From assembly GCA_965262715.1 (NCBI GenBank), contig OZ253553.1:384001-448000 (forward strand): a DNA stretch of 64,000 nt. Reading direction: 5' to 3'. The notes below the pieces were generated by a model. It was not told the DNA's origin. It did not search any database and saw nothing but the letters and a program-made list of their open reading frames with translations. This stretch comes from Bdellovibrionales bacterium (lineage in GTDB: Bacteria > Bdellovibrionota > Bdellovibrionia > Bdellovibrionales > JAUICD01). Numbering within the stretch: position 1 is the stretch's first letter; every line of letters starts with the position of its first letter. The translations under genes were made by a program, and so were the position numbers. This document shows, piece by piece, positions 40,767 to 51,581 of this stretch.

Positions 40767-42154
40767 GGCCTGACTGTTTCTAAGATTTGTTCAAAGTTAA
40801 TATCCTCATATCTATCAGGTTTATCAGAAATAACTTCAAGAGCTCGTTCTAAAGTATGGAGACGACGGGTCATTTCAGAAGTAGAGAGTGTACCAAATGA
40901 ATAGATAGTGTTTATAATAAATTCAGGAATTTTGTTCATTCTAATAAATTCTAAGATTTGTCTTGTTAAGCGATTTTCAATTGAATTAAAATCTAATGAT
41001 CTTTCCTTATGTAGAGCATGTATTTTATTTGCTAACATCTCTGAGATTCTTAGATTTTCATAATTGCGCCTCCATGAATCTTTAAGACCTTCTGTAAACC
41101 CTGCCTCTAAAACAGGGCTTTCTGAAGTTTTTTGGAAGAGTTCAGAAACATCATTAGGTACACTTTGAAATCTGAAATCACTAGTAAGTAAACCAAATTT
41201 TCTAAGTAAATCATTAGTTTGAATTTCAAAAAGATTGTTTATTTCAATAATCTTCCTTCTTTGAGAAGGGTCTACTCCCATAATTTTATCCAAAGCTTCA
41301 AAGCGGTGAGCATACCTTCTTGTCACGTTAGGGTAATAAAGTCCACCGTTTGTCATTATATAAAGTTGCATGGCTTCAGCAAAATCCTCTTCAATTTTTT
41401 CATTCCCATATTTAGAAACACTTGTATTATCTGCTAAAATAGCATCTTGATATTTTTGATCAGGAGTAGCTGTGTCATTATTGTATGTATGACGTGCAAT
41501 AACATGTCCCAATTCATGTGGCATTGTCATCTCTGCATGATAGAGGCCTTGTAGCATTACATCTTTCAGATCAAGGTCTTTTCTGTCAGCTGGATGATTT
41601 TGAAAAATTCCAAAATAAATTATGATGTAATCCTCTTGAGATTCATTTCTTCCTGATTGACCTCCTATTACTCTGTCATCATCAGGGTTTTTTATAATGG
41701 GAGGATTCTTTTTGATGTAAATGGTATCAGCAAAACTCAAAGCTCTTCCTGGCAAATGACCGAAAACATTCTTAAGCCTTTTCAAAACTTCTGTGTCATT
41801 AAGAAGTATAATCTCGTCAGATGAAAGCCCACCAACTCTAAGGTGAATATTTTTGATTTGTCCATCCAAAAGGAATGAAACATTATAAGATAAGTAATAT
41901 AAGCGCATGTATTTTCCAGGTGTATTTAGTTGTTCCTCATATACTACTGGTGTTATAGGGCCATTTTCAATATGGATATTTGATACTCCAACTTTTTTGA
42001 ATGCGTCTGGTAATGTGAATGTATCTAATGCGCTTGATAATGCATTTGCACATCCTGCTTTATGTGTTTTTAAATTAGATATCTCATTAGATATGGATTC
42101 ATTAGGGATGAAAAAGCTGAAAAAACAGCATAAAAAAAGAATGAAATACTGCAT
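40763..42154 (-). CDS. Secreted zinc metallopeptidase-like protein (HELGH ... EEDFAE)
   Basis: Signal peptide; MPHELGH, VSKYG...EEDFAEAM zincin/lethal-factor-like motif. Confidence 0.8.
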   Translation of the reverse strand: MQYFILFLCCFFSFFIPNESISNEISNLKTHKAGCANALSSALDTFTLPDAFKKVGVSNIHIENGPITPVVYEEQLNTPGKYMRLYYLSYNVSFLLDGQIKNIHLRVGGLSSDEIILLNDTEVLKRLKNVFGHLPGRALSFADTIYIKKNPPIIKNPDDDRVIGGQSGRNESQEDYIIIYFGIFQNHPADRKDLDLKDVMLQGLYHAEMTMPHELGHVIARHTYNNDTATPDQKYQDAILADNTSVSKYGNEKIEEDFAEAMQLYIMTNGGLYYPNVTRRYAHRFEALDKIMGVDPSQRRKIIEINNLFEIQTNDLLRKFGLLTSDFRFQSVPNDVSELFQKTSESPVLEAGFTEGLKDSWRRNYENLRISEMLANKIHALHKERSLDFNSIENRLTRQILEFIRMNKIPEFIINTIYSFGTLSTSEMTRRLHTLERALEVISDKPDRYEDINFEQILETVRP

Positions 42155-42325
42155 TATAAACCTTTATTTTTTTATGAAGTTTTTTTTTGAGATTAAGATA
42201 AGTGAAAATACTTTGAGAAAAATACTTTGTCAAGAAGTCTTTGAGGGCATTGAAAATAATGAAAAAGCGTATAAGAACTTTAGAGCAAGTGCGGTATGAA
42301 TACTTCTGATGAAGTTTCTAGGAGG

Positions 42326-42879
42326 TTACCTTAAAGCTTCTTCAAAAACGATATAATCACTTTCTTCTGCTGTTCTTATTAAAAAGCGGTTGGCTTCTTC
42401 TAAAGTATGGAGACGCCGTTTCATATCAAAAATAGAAAGCTTATCAAGCAAATAAATATTTTTTATAACAAATTCAGGTATCTTGTGATCTCTCCAAACA
42501 TATTTTACGTACTTTAAAGTCTCTCTTGTTGAACCATTTTCAATGGAAGTGAAATCTAATAACTTATCTCTTGGTATTGTATTTATCTTATTCAATAATG
42601 CTTTTATAATTTTTATATTATGAAGCCTTGTTTTCCAAGATTCTATAAGATAAGCAACAAACTCTTTATCCTGTCTTGTGAGGTTTTTAATCTTAGTCTT
42701 TGTAGCTGTTGAGTTGGTTCTAGCATTTGTAATGAATTTTGGTAAATGGGGTTTTGTCTCCAAGGGGGTCTTCTTAGGGTTCTTTCAGCTTGTGATGTTT
42801 TAGGAATTAAAGAAAGTATAAATAGAATCAAAATAAAGTATTCTTTATCTCTATGAACATTCAAGCAGTAAGTATCCAA
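42326..42879 (-). pseudogene. Signal peptide + stand-alone zincin-family C-terminal domain, frameshifted near 42765-42785
   Basis: FILILFILSLIPKTSQA in one frame; LDFTSIEN...IPEFVI...LDKLSIFDMKRRL in another. Confidence 0.6.
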
Positions 42880-43080
42880 TTTATTCTATTTCCCTTGTAG
42901 ATATCGATTCTATAAATAAAATGGAAAATAATTAAAAAGAATGTTTTTGTCAAATAACATTAAAAATATTTAGCAAGATAGACTCAATTATTCATAGTAT
43001 AGTTGACATAAATGAGTATTTTATGACTTATTGAGTCTGACATATTATATGTTTTAAAGTTGATCAAACTTAAAAAGCTG

Positions 43081-45690
43081 TTATCTGTCTGAAATTCTTT
43101 GCTGAGCGATGAGTTGGTTGATTTCGATTCTAACCTGATCTGTTGTTTGTATTTTTGGGATCATATTAGAAATATTATTAAGGAGTTCTTGATTGATGGC
43201 ATCTTGTCTGAGTGCAAATCTCAACATATTCAATTCTATTGGATCGAGAGGCCCGGACCAAATGATGGTATTCAGTTTAATACTGTCTATAATGCCAGAA
43301 AGACCCTTGACGTCCATCTTGTTATCACAACGTGAATATATCAGTTCAAGCTTCTGTGGGGTGTTAGAGATTGTAGGTATATAATATTGAGAATTAGGAC
43401 TGGAGTTATTTGTGATAGTATGAGCTGCTGCTGCACAAGCTTCAGTAATATATGGATTGTTTGTTATTAATTGAAAAATATTCGTCATTCTAGAAGGGTC
43501 ATCATAATATTTAATAAAGGATATAGCAGCTCTAATGACACTCTTCTGATCAGCCTTTTCATGATTTATTGTTGTTGAGAGAAATTGATCAAAATCTTCA
43601 TCTTCAAAGTTTTCACTGTATTGAATAAGGCTATAAGTTATAAGACTAAAAGTTTGAGAGTTAGTCTGAGGACTTTCTATGATAGATTGTAACATCTCTT
43701 TAAAATCTGAATTTTGAGCATAGTTTTCTATAAGAACCTCTGCCATCTTGCCAAGGTGTTCGCCATTAAGTTTACGATCATTTATGAGAGGATTTGATAT
43801 TTCTCTAGCATTGGAGATATTGTTATAGTCTTCTATTATATTAAGAAAGGTGTATTTAATAACAGTGCCATTACATCTTTCATGATTAAGAATCTCACCT
43901 AAAAGTTCCTTAAAGTGAGGTAGTTTTTGACGATATCGAATAATATCATCGTTAACAATATTTATGAGATCTATTTCTGTGATTTTTTCACTATCTATGA
44001 GCATTCTTGTAAAAAGCTCAGGGTCAGAAAGTTTGTCAAGGTTATGAGAGATGGCCAGTGTAGGGAGCGGGGCATTTTCATGATTTATTACATATCTTAA
44101 AATATCTTCTGCATTAGAAATTTTATTAAAATTATCTGTAATAATATCATTAACAACAGAAAAAACAGAAGCATCAGCATTATTGTGGTGTATGGCTTTT
44201 GTTAATATTCCCTCAAGGTTTGGAATATCTTCATAATATTGCAAGATATCTTGAAGAGATTTTAAGGCTGTTGCCAGGAGTTCGCTTCGCATATTCCTAT
44301 CATCCAATATAGGCATAATGATTTGACTAAGGTTTTCTTTAGAAATGGCATGCTTGAGAAGCAAGTCATAATCTTGGTCTACAATCATGTTGTGAATAAT
44401 ATCTTCATCTGACATATCTAGCCTTTCAGCTAATCCTTTGTAAAACTCTGCATGTTTTGTCAGGCCACTTTCTTTTTTAATACAAGAGATAATTTGCCAA
44501 AACCTTTTATCTGAAGAGTCTAAGAAGGCTATTTGTCTAAGTCTTTTTAAAGTACTATGTTTATCTTCACAAGTCGCGCTATCTGAAAGTATATTATTTT
44601 CAGAGAAACAATAAGGAAATGCATTTTGCGCATCTCTAATGGTTGTTTCCTTGTCTTCTTCTAAGTGAAATTTATAGGTACTATCAAGGTTGAGATGAGA
44701 AGAAATGCATCTACTATGTTTATTTTTATCGTATTGATCGTTTTGACAAATTTCTTTTAACTTAAAGCCCACTTCTCCAATCTTATAAGCATTGAGTATG
44801 CCATGACCCATGCTATTTGAAGAGGGTAGGTTTGGAAAATGTATAGCTGTCTTTTTAAGAAGATGTTCTGCTTGTTTTGTGTTCAAAAGATGACTGGTTA
44901 TAACTGTAAAAGATGTTAAAGTTCCTTTTGTTAGAGGAGCTGCTCCGCTAGTTCCTCCAAAATTGAGTGGGATTCCTTCGAAGTTATAGCTTCTGATCAT
45001 GTTATCAGCCGGTGCTGAAACAGTTGTGTTTATCGAATAGTTAGAAAAATGTGATGGATTTCCAAGGGGATCAAGGCTTGCAACAACAATAAGGCGGTTA
45101 AATTTTTCTAAGCCTCCTTTGGACTTAGACAGATACTGAGCGTCATTACCTGCTGATGTGACAATGACTGTTCCTTGTCTTTTATTCATCACATAAAAAA
45201 TTTCTTTTGTAAGGTTTGTTGTATTGTTGCCTGGCAAGAGCATAAACCAGTGCAAAGAATTATTTATATAGCGAGGGCAGTTATTTTCTTTTTGACATTG
45301 TTTATAGAGATGTTCATAGCCATTGGTACCTGGAATTACTGTGACATCAATAGGTTGAGATTGTGGGATAACTGCTGATGGAAAAGGGCCAGCAATGATC
45401 TGACTCACAGGTTCCCCATGAAGATGGCTATAATCCCAGATTTGAACAAGATCATGAGTTATTTTTTCAATACCATCTATAGTTTCAAGTCTTTTTCTTA
45501 ATAGATCTGCCCCTATATATTCTTGTGCCCAAAAGGCATCAAGACCTGTTACTCTTTCTTCCTCTAAATGAATATCAGGAAGGACAGGTTCTATTGGTTT
45601 TGGGAAAACACAATCTTGATAAGTATGGGCTTGTAAACTGAAAGAGAATATCAATAAAGCGATACCTAAAGTTATCCTACTTAATAGCAT
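43081..45690 (-). CDS. Secreted S8 (subtilisin-like) serine peptidase with helical C-terminal region
   Basis: Signal LQA|H; IWD..HG, SAGND, FSNY, GGTSGAAP. Confidence 0.88.
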   Translation of the reverse strand: MLLSRITLGIALLIFSFSLQAHTYQDCVFPKPIEPVLPDIHLEEERVTGLDAFWAQEYIGADLLRKRLETIDGIEKITHDLVQIWDYSHLHGEPVSQIIAGPFPSAVIPQSQPIDVTVIPGTNGYEHLYKQCQKENNCPRYINNSLHWFMLLPGNNTTNLTKEIFYVMNKRQGTVIVTSAGNDAQYLSKSKGGLEKFNRLIVVASLDPLGNPSHFSNYSINTTVSAPADNMIRSYNFEGIPLNFGGTSGAAPLTKGTLTSFTVITSHLLNTKQAEHLLKKTAIHFPNLPSSNSMGHGILNAYKIGEVGFKLKEICQNDQYDKNKHSRCISSHLNLDSTYKFHLEEDKETTIRDAQNAFPYCFSENNILSDSATCEDKHSTLKRLRQIAFLDSSDKRFWQIISCIKKESGLTKHAEFYKGLAERLDMSDEDIIHNMIVDQDYDLLLKHAISKENLSQIIMPILDDRNMRSELLATALKSLQDILQYYEDIPNLEGILTKAIHHNNADASVFSVVNDIITDNFNKISNAEDILRYVINHENAPLPTLAISHNLDKLSDPELFTRMLIDSEKITEIDLINIVNDDIIRYRQKLPHFKELLGEILNHERCNGTVIKYTFLNIIEDYNNISNAREISNPLINDRKLNGEHLGKMAEVLIENYAQNSDFKEMLQSIIESPQTNSQTFSLITYSLIQYSENFEDEDFDQFLSTTINHEKADQKSVIRAAISFIKYYDDPSRMTNIFQLITNNPYITEACAAAAHTITNNSSPNSQYYIPTISNTPQKLELIYSRCDNKMDVKGLSGIIDSIKLNTIIWSGPLDPIELNMLRFALRQDAINQELLNNISNMIPKIQTTDQVRIEINQLIAQQRISDR

Positions 45691-47166
45691 GGTGTTTCCA
45701 ATCTCTTTGGATGATATCTTATGAAAATATTATGTTCTTTTCTGTTTAGGCGCAAGCAAAAGTAGGACAATAAGCTATAGAGTTGATAAGGGTTTGTTTT
45801 TTAAGGGTTAGGAGAAGTTAAAAAGATAGTATTGCACTTTATCTTATGTAATAATTACGAGGAGGTTGTACTTAGAGCTTTTTTTCTTATCTGCTCTTTA
45901 ATCTTGCCCCGGAATGATTTTATAGATTGTTGGAGTCCTTAAGCAGTGAAAGAGAATTTTATTGTAAAGTTAGCAAAATATTATAAGTGCTGGCTTTGCC
46001 TTTTATTTATAATCATTCATGGGACTAGTTATTTTGCTTTTAGTTGGGAGATATTAAAAGACCAGGAAGCTTTTGCTAACAGGTTAGGACAATTTAAATA
46101 TGTCTCTATAGTTTTTGCCAGTCAAAATTTGAAAATTCCTATTTCTTTTTTTGGACATACCCTTTTAATTTTTCATAATGAGACAACTCCTGAACCTAAT
46201 AGCATTGTCTTTGAGTATCTCGGTGATAGAGAAGTTTCACATTATGTTATTAAAGGATTGTTTTGGAGTATACCAGGAAGATTCCATCTTCTTCCATGGA
46301 GCCAAAAACGTTGGATATATGAACAAGAAGACAGGGATATTTGGGCTGTTCGTTTAAATTTTAAAAAGCATGAAAGAGAAAAACTTGAAGCCAAAATCAA
46401 AACTTCTTTATCTGAAGAAGAGTCTTATAATTTTTTCTTTTATAACTGCTCTTGGTATATTTTTGAGATTGTAAAAAAGAGTATGGATGATATGGAGTGC
46501 TTTGTTAAGCCTTATGTTCCCCCAATAGAAACTCTTAATGCTCTGTATAAGTGTCAAAAAACAGGTGAATCTGTTTATATCCCAGCTCATGCGACTCGTT
46601 TGAAAGAGGCCTTTAAAAATCTAAATCGAAAGGAGAAAACTATTTTAAAGAAATTAAATTTGCAAGAAGACATTCATCATGAAAATGTGTCCCCCGAATT
46701 GAAAACGGCCATTACAGAATGGATTGATTATAAAATTCCAAGAACAGATAGAGAAGACCATCGAGATAAGCTTTTCAAACTTAAAGAAACATATCATCAT
46801 CCTATCCAAATAAAAAATAAAAAATTAGAAGAATTAAGCAGACCTAGAAGTGGTCGTGTGACTTTATCCTATTTAACAAAATGGCGATCAACAACACTAA
46901 CCGTCTCACCAGCTCAAGTGAGATTTTTAAATGCGTTAGATGATCCTTTTTGGGCAGATCGATTTGAATTTCTGACTATAGGTTTGACATTTATCCCTAA
47001 AAAGCTTTTTCTTTCTAAATTCAACATTATAGATATAAATACGAATACTTCGGGGCATGTGCTTAAATTTCCTTTCGTGAGAGATATTTATGCAGGTTAT
47101 CAAAAATATGCTATTGATTCAGAGCAATATTGGAGTGAGCTTTTAGCTCGGGTAGGTACTGGCCTT

Positions 47167-48573
47167 GAGGATGTCCCACGTTTCGGTGAAATTGAAGTTA
47201 AGCAGAGCTTGATGTTTTGCTACGCCTGTTTCTATTGTTAGTCAATAGGTTTAAATTTTCTTCCATTGTATTTAAATCTTTATACCCTTTAATAGCTCTA
47301 AACTTTTTTTCAGCTTCAACTAAAGAAGCAGCAGCCCATCTCATAACCTGATCTGGAGAACTTCTCCAGTTCTTAACCCTGCTGACTTTATCTCTTACAA
47401 TAGAAAAAGCAGACTCAATAGGATTTGTAGAAGATAAGGTTCTCCTTAGCAGTGGAGATACCTTCAACTTGATAACTGTCAGTGTCTCCTCCTTTGCTTC
47501 CTTAAGTGAAGCCAATGCTGCATAATTAATCCTGCTTAACCAACTCAGTAACTTATTGTATTCTCTCTGAGAAGAATCATAATCATTAAAACCATGCACC
47601 ATCTTCCAGCGACGCTTAAACTCTAAATGACGTTCCTGAGGTAAATAACTTAAAACATTCCTCTCCTTGTGGTGAATACAGCGTTGAACTACTGCTCTCT
47701 TACCAAAAACTCTATTAATAGCTGTCCTTAAAGATCTGCTACCATCAATTACAAAAAGGTAAGGCTTATCTGAACAAAGACCTCTTGCTATTAAACTCTC
47801 TAATAAGTCCTTGCAAACTTCCCAGTTCTCTGTATGACCCTCTCTAAGACCCAGAACTAACTTCTTACCTTCAACTGTGATGCCAAGAGCTACAACCACT
47901 GTCCTTGATCCAAAAACAACACCATCAATCATAATTGATGAAAACTTATCCTTACTCAGATCACGACCATTTAAAGATTCAAGAAACTTCCTAGATGACT
48001 TATTAAAGACTCTGCTCACTGTACTCTTAGAAAGACCCGTCCCTCCTACAATATCATCAAGAAGTTCATTGTAATTACGACAAGATACCCCTCTCATAGC
48101 ATGACTCAAAACTTTATCACAAAGTATGTCATACTTTTGAAGCACTGAATAAGACCGCAGCTTAATATCAGAACCTCCCTTCTCCTTCACCCTAGGCTTC
48201 CTCACCTGAAGCCTTTGACCTTGTGCAAGAACACTCCCAGAATCACTACCCGCTCTGTAATATCTTGTATCACGACCACGAACATGACGCTTACCACACA
48301 GTGATAATAACTCATCCTCAAAGAAATCATGGATCATATTAATAACCATTGATCTCATGCGATGCTCTAGGATCTCTCGAATCTCATTTGACTCAGATGA
48401 TAAAACTTGAATTGAATAACCATTCTTACTACTCTTCATAATAGCTCCTTTCTGTTATCTATTTCCTGATAAAATAAAAACAGTAAACAACGGCTAGACC
48501 ACTTAGGATAGCCGGGAGCTCTACTTTCTTCTAATTTCTATAAGAAAATTTCACCGATCTATGGGACAACCTC
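47167..48573 (-). mobile_element. IS256-family element
   Basis: TIRs GAGGATGTCCCA..TCGGTGAAATT / AATTTCACCGA..TGGGACAACCTC; flanks ACTGGCCTT and ACTGG(CTGG)CCTT. Confidence 0.93.
47198..48439 (-). CDS. IS256-family (mutator-type) transposase
   Basis: RGVS.R, GLSKSTVSR, IMIDG, VIDG, QRCIHHKERN, STNPIES. Confidence 0.95.
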   Translation of the reverse strand: MKSSKNGYSIQVLSSESNEIREILEHRMRSMVINMIHDFFEDELLSLCGKRHVRGRDTRYYRAGSDSGSVLAQGQRLQVRKPRVKEKGGSDIKLRSYSVLQKYDILCDKVLSHAMRGVSCRNYNELLDDIVGGTGLSKSTVSRVFNKSSRKFLESLNGRDLSKDKFSSIMIDGVVFGSRTVVVALGITVEGKKLVLGLREGHTENWEVCKDLLESLIARGLCSDKPYLFVIDGSRSLRTAINRVFGKRAVVQRCIHHKERNVLSYLPQERHLEFKRRWKMVHGFNDYDSSQREYNKLLSWLSRINYAALASLKEAKEETLTVIKLKVSPLLRRTLSSTNPIESAFSIVRDKVSRVKNWRSSPDQVMRWAAASLVEAEKKFRAIKGYKDLNTMEENLNLLTNNRNRRSKTSSSA

Positions 48574-48932
48574 ACTGGCTGGCCTTGTTTAGGATTTTCA
48601 TGACCACTGGAAACTCTCTATTTTAGCGTTTTTAGAGGCTGGTAGAAGTGCAGATAGGCAAAGAAGTTATTTTTTAGCTCGATTTGGTTTAGGGGCAGTG
48701 ATGAGTGTAAGGTTGTTGAGTTGGTTGCGTTCAAAAATAGAAGTTCGTCAGATGATAGGATATAATTCTTTAATTGGCCAAGTAGGTAAAGGGCAACTAG
48801 TTTTTCTAGATAAAAGACCTTTTGTAGGTGCATTGGAGTATCTTTTTTTCTCCACAGTTAAAGATCGAAAGTTTCATCATTCTTTAGGTCTATCTTTAAG
48901 TTATTTATTTTAAGTTCATAGTATGTGAAAAC

Positions 48933-50426
48933 TTAGTCTTTTGGACCTCTTGGGCGTTCACCAAACAATTGATTGAATTTCCCATCTACAAATTGATAGA
49001 GTTTTGCAATCCTATTTGAATTATCTTTTGCCTTTTCAATCCAAACAAGAGTTCTTTTATAAAAAGATTTTGTGCATTCCACATCTGAAAAAGCAGGAGA
49101 CCATGTTCCACTATTTAAATGTTCAATATCTTCAAAGTTTTTGTGCATCCACACATGAGTGTGTCCATATACAATGCGTTTGATCCTAGTGATTTGTGAG
49201 GCTGTTTGGAAAATTCTTAACTTGGGAGACCTGTAATTTACAACTTGTGACTGAAAAGCGTGAGAGTAAAAAATAAAAAATGGTATCAATAAAGCTAGTG
49301 GAATAAACATCCAAAAAAGTGAAATGCCAAAGAAGATATTAATACTGACAAATATCAAATAAGTATTAAAAAACATAATTAAAACAATGAAGGCTTTATC
49401 GATCCACAGCTCTCTGGCAATCAGTAAGGGATTAAAGGCCGCAGGATGAACAGCTAATTCCTTCATTTCTCTGACCATGCGAGGTGTGGCATTTGCATTT
49501 TTAGCAATTGACTCAATGCGTCCTTCAATAGTTAATGGGTCTTTCATGGCAGGAAGTAGTGTGTAAACAAAGGAATCTATAACAGTCATTACAGAGCTTA
49601 CAAACCATGTCACCAATAAGAGCGGCTGTGCTTTTGCCATGTACTTGAAAAAAAATCGTACATATTCCTTAACTGTCATGATGAAATTAGATTCTGCATG
49701 AGGGTTAAAGAACCCCATTTGATTTGTGAGATAGCGGCAAGCCAGGTTACCAAAAGGGATGCGAATTTCCATTCCATGAAGCCTTTGAACCATGGGCGAA
49801 ATAGGGTTTTGACAAAGGCAGTAAGGGTCATATTGGTTACCATGCTCAATGAGGGTGTCTTTGTTACTAATATAAAACCAAGAACAAAATCGAATACGCT
49901 CTTGATCTTCCTTTGATATATTTAAGCTTTCTAGGATGTTGTTTTGTACGATTTGATAATGCATCTCTAGATCATGATTTCCAATAATAAAAATAACTCG
50001 ATGACCGTTGAGTATAAAACTTCTTAGAGCTTCTACCCATTCTTGATGGTCTTCAAGTATCTTACGTATTTTATAAGCAGATTTTAATTCTTGAGGGAAC
50101 ATACCACATTTTCTTTCTATCCAAGAAATTTTATAAGGAGGGTTTTCTGGAATAGCCATACAGGAATCAAAGTCAAAAATATCTCCGTTGAGAATGAGTT
50201 CTATCTTTTTGTCTTCTGCCTTCTTTTCTATATGTTCTAAAAAGCTTTTGAACTCTTTATCAAAGAAAAACTCTCTAGTTTTGAATTTTTTCCAAAGGGG
50301 ATATTTAGGATTTGGTTTTTCTGCTTCACATAAGTGCAGATCAGAAATCACAACTGTACAAGAAGCGTTAGTGAAATCTTCAGGTTCCATTGTAGGTTGT
50401 AGGGAAGGTGTTATATTTTCAGCCAT
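48933..50426 (-). CDS. Calcineurin-like metallophosphoesterase with two TM helices
   Basis: ISDLH, LNGDIFD, GNHD, EHG, GHTH, NSGTW. Confidence 0.9.
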   Translation of the reverse strand: MAENITPSLQPTMEPEDFTNASCTVVISDLHLCEAEKPNPKYPLWKKFKTREFFFDKEFKSFLEHIEKKAEDKKIELILNGDIFDFDSCMAIPENPPYKISWIERKCGMFPQELKSAYKIRKILEDHQEWVEALRSFILNGHRVIFIIGNHDLEMHYQIVQNNILESLNISKEDQERIRFCSWFYISNKDTLIEHGNQYDPYCLCQNPISPMVQRLHGMEIRIPFGNLACRYLTNQMGFFNPHAESNFIMTVKEYVRFFFKYMAKAQPLLLVTWFVSSVMTVIDSFVYTLLPAMKDPLTIEGRIESIAKNANATPRMVREMKELAVHPAAFNPLLIARELWIDKAFIVLIMFFNTYLIFVSINIFFGISLFWMFIPLALLIPFFIFYSHAFQSQVVNYRSPKLRIFQTASQITRIKRIVYGHTHVWMHKNFEDIEHLNSGTWSPAFSDVECTKSFYKRTLVWIEKAKDNSNRIAKLYQFVDGKFNQLFGERPRGPKD

Positions 50427-50583
50427 TGTTTTTTATATAATGAGTTTTCTAATGGAGGTTATTTTAAAAGTAAGCTTTTTTATTATGTCTATTATATAAT
50501 AGTTATCCTAACAAAGTCATTTACAATCTTTAAAGATTTTTTTGATGTCCTAAACCAAACTTTACCTTGTATGTTCTTGAATC

Positions 50584-50943
50584 ATTGCCAGAAAGTGACC
50601 AGAGGTCAGACTATTTTTAGGGATAAGGCCTGATTTCCTTAACATTTTGTAAAGAGAGGAGGAGAGTCTCCCTCCTAAAGATAGTCAGGCTTTCTAGGCA
50701 TTGCTCTATTTGCCAAACGGCGTGAGCCAGTTTGGGAGCAATGCCAGAAAGTGACCAGAGGTCAGACTATTTTTAGGGATAAGGCCTGATTTCCTTAACA
50801 TTTTGTAAAGAGAGGAGGAGAGTCTCCCTCCTAAAGATAGTCAGGCTTTCTAGGCATTGCTCTATTTGCCAAACGGCGTGAGCCAGTTTGGGAGCAATGC
50901 CAGAAAGTGACCAGAGGTCAGACTATTTTTAGGGATAAAGCCT
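50584..50943 (-). repeat. Family-A monomer tandem repeat, 156-bp unit x ~2.3
   Basis: GCCAGAAAGTGACCAGAGG at 50587, 50743, 50899. Confidence 0.95.
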
Positions 50944-51498
50944 CCAAATAACATCAGGATTTTTTTGTAAATAATTGATATAACGGGATAAAACGAATAA
51001 ATAGTCACTCATACGATTAAGATATATTAAAATAACAGGCTTAATATCTTCTTGGCAGCTCAAATCAACACAGACACATTCTGTTCTCCTACAGACCACA
51101 CGACAAATATGTGCTTGAGAGGCAGCCTTTGAGCCTCCGGGTATGATAAAATTTTTTAAGGGTGAAAGATTGTTTGTCATACTGTCAATTTGTTCTTCTA
51201 GGTGTTTTATCCATATTTCTTGCAAAGCGGGAAGTTCATTTAACAGTTTTTGACTGGTGCATGCCAAATGGCTGCCAATATGAAATAATTGAAATTGCAG
51301 GTTTTGTAAGAAGTCCAAGATACTTTGTCTTTTTGCTGATTGAGGGACGTCTTTGATATAAGCTGTTAAAAGCCCGATGTTTGAATTGAGTTCATCAACA
51401 TGACCGTAAGCTCTTATACGCAGTTCAGATTTTAAAATATGAGTAGCACCTAATAAGCTGGTTGTACCCTTATCACCTTTTTTTGTATAAACCTTCAT
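50929..51498 (-). CDS. pduO: Cob(I)alamin adenosyltransferase, PduO type
   Basis: KVYTKKGDKGTTSL, AYGHVDELNS, FIIPGG, RRTE, YLNRMSDYLF. Confidence 0.93.
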   Translation of the reverse strand: MKVYTKKGDKGTTSLLGATHILKSELRIRAYGHVDELNSNIGLLTAYIKDVPQSAKRQSILDFLQNLQFQLFHIGSHLACTSQKLLNELPALQEIWIKHLEEQIDSMTNNLSPLKNFIIPGGSKAASQAHICRVVCRRTECVCVDLSCQEDIKPVILIYLNRMSDYLFVLSRYINYLQKNPDVIWRLYP

Positions 51499-51581
51499 AT
51501 TATATCCTTGCTGATTTCATTTGCTTTTATTAAAACCTTATTTATTGATATTGTATATACTTTAGATGGAAAATCCATTAA

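Larger units (their letters stand above)
45946..48913 (+). pseudogene. DUF4105 (Lnb-like N-terminal domain) + beta-barrel protein interrupted by IS256
   Basis: FFGHTLL, YNFFFYNCS; frame resumes after the IS (one TAG) and ends LGLSLSYLF. Confidence 0.8.

Noticed and set aside
50520..50583. Possible displaced original pduO 3' end beyond the repeat array
   Set aside because: Only weak similarity (KNIQGKVW vs KNPDVIW); not supportable
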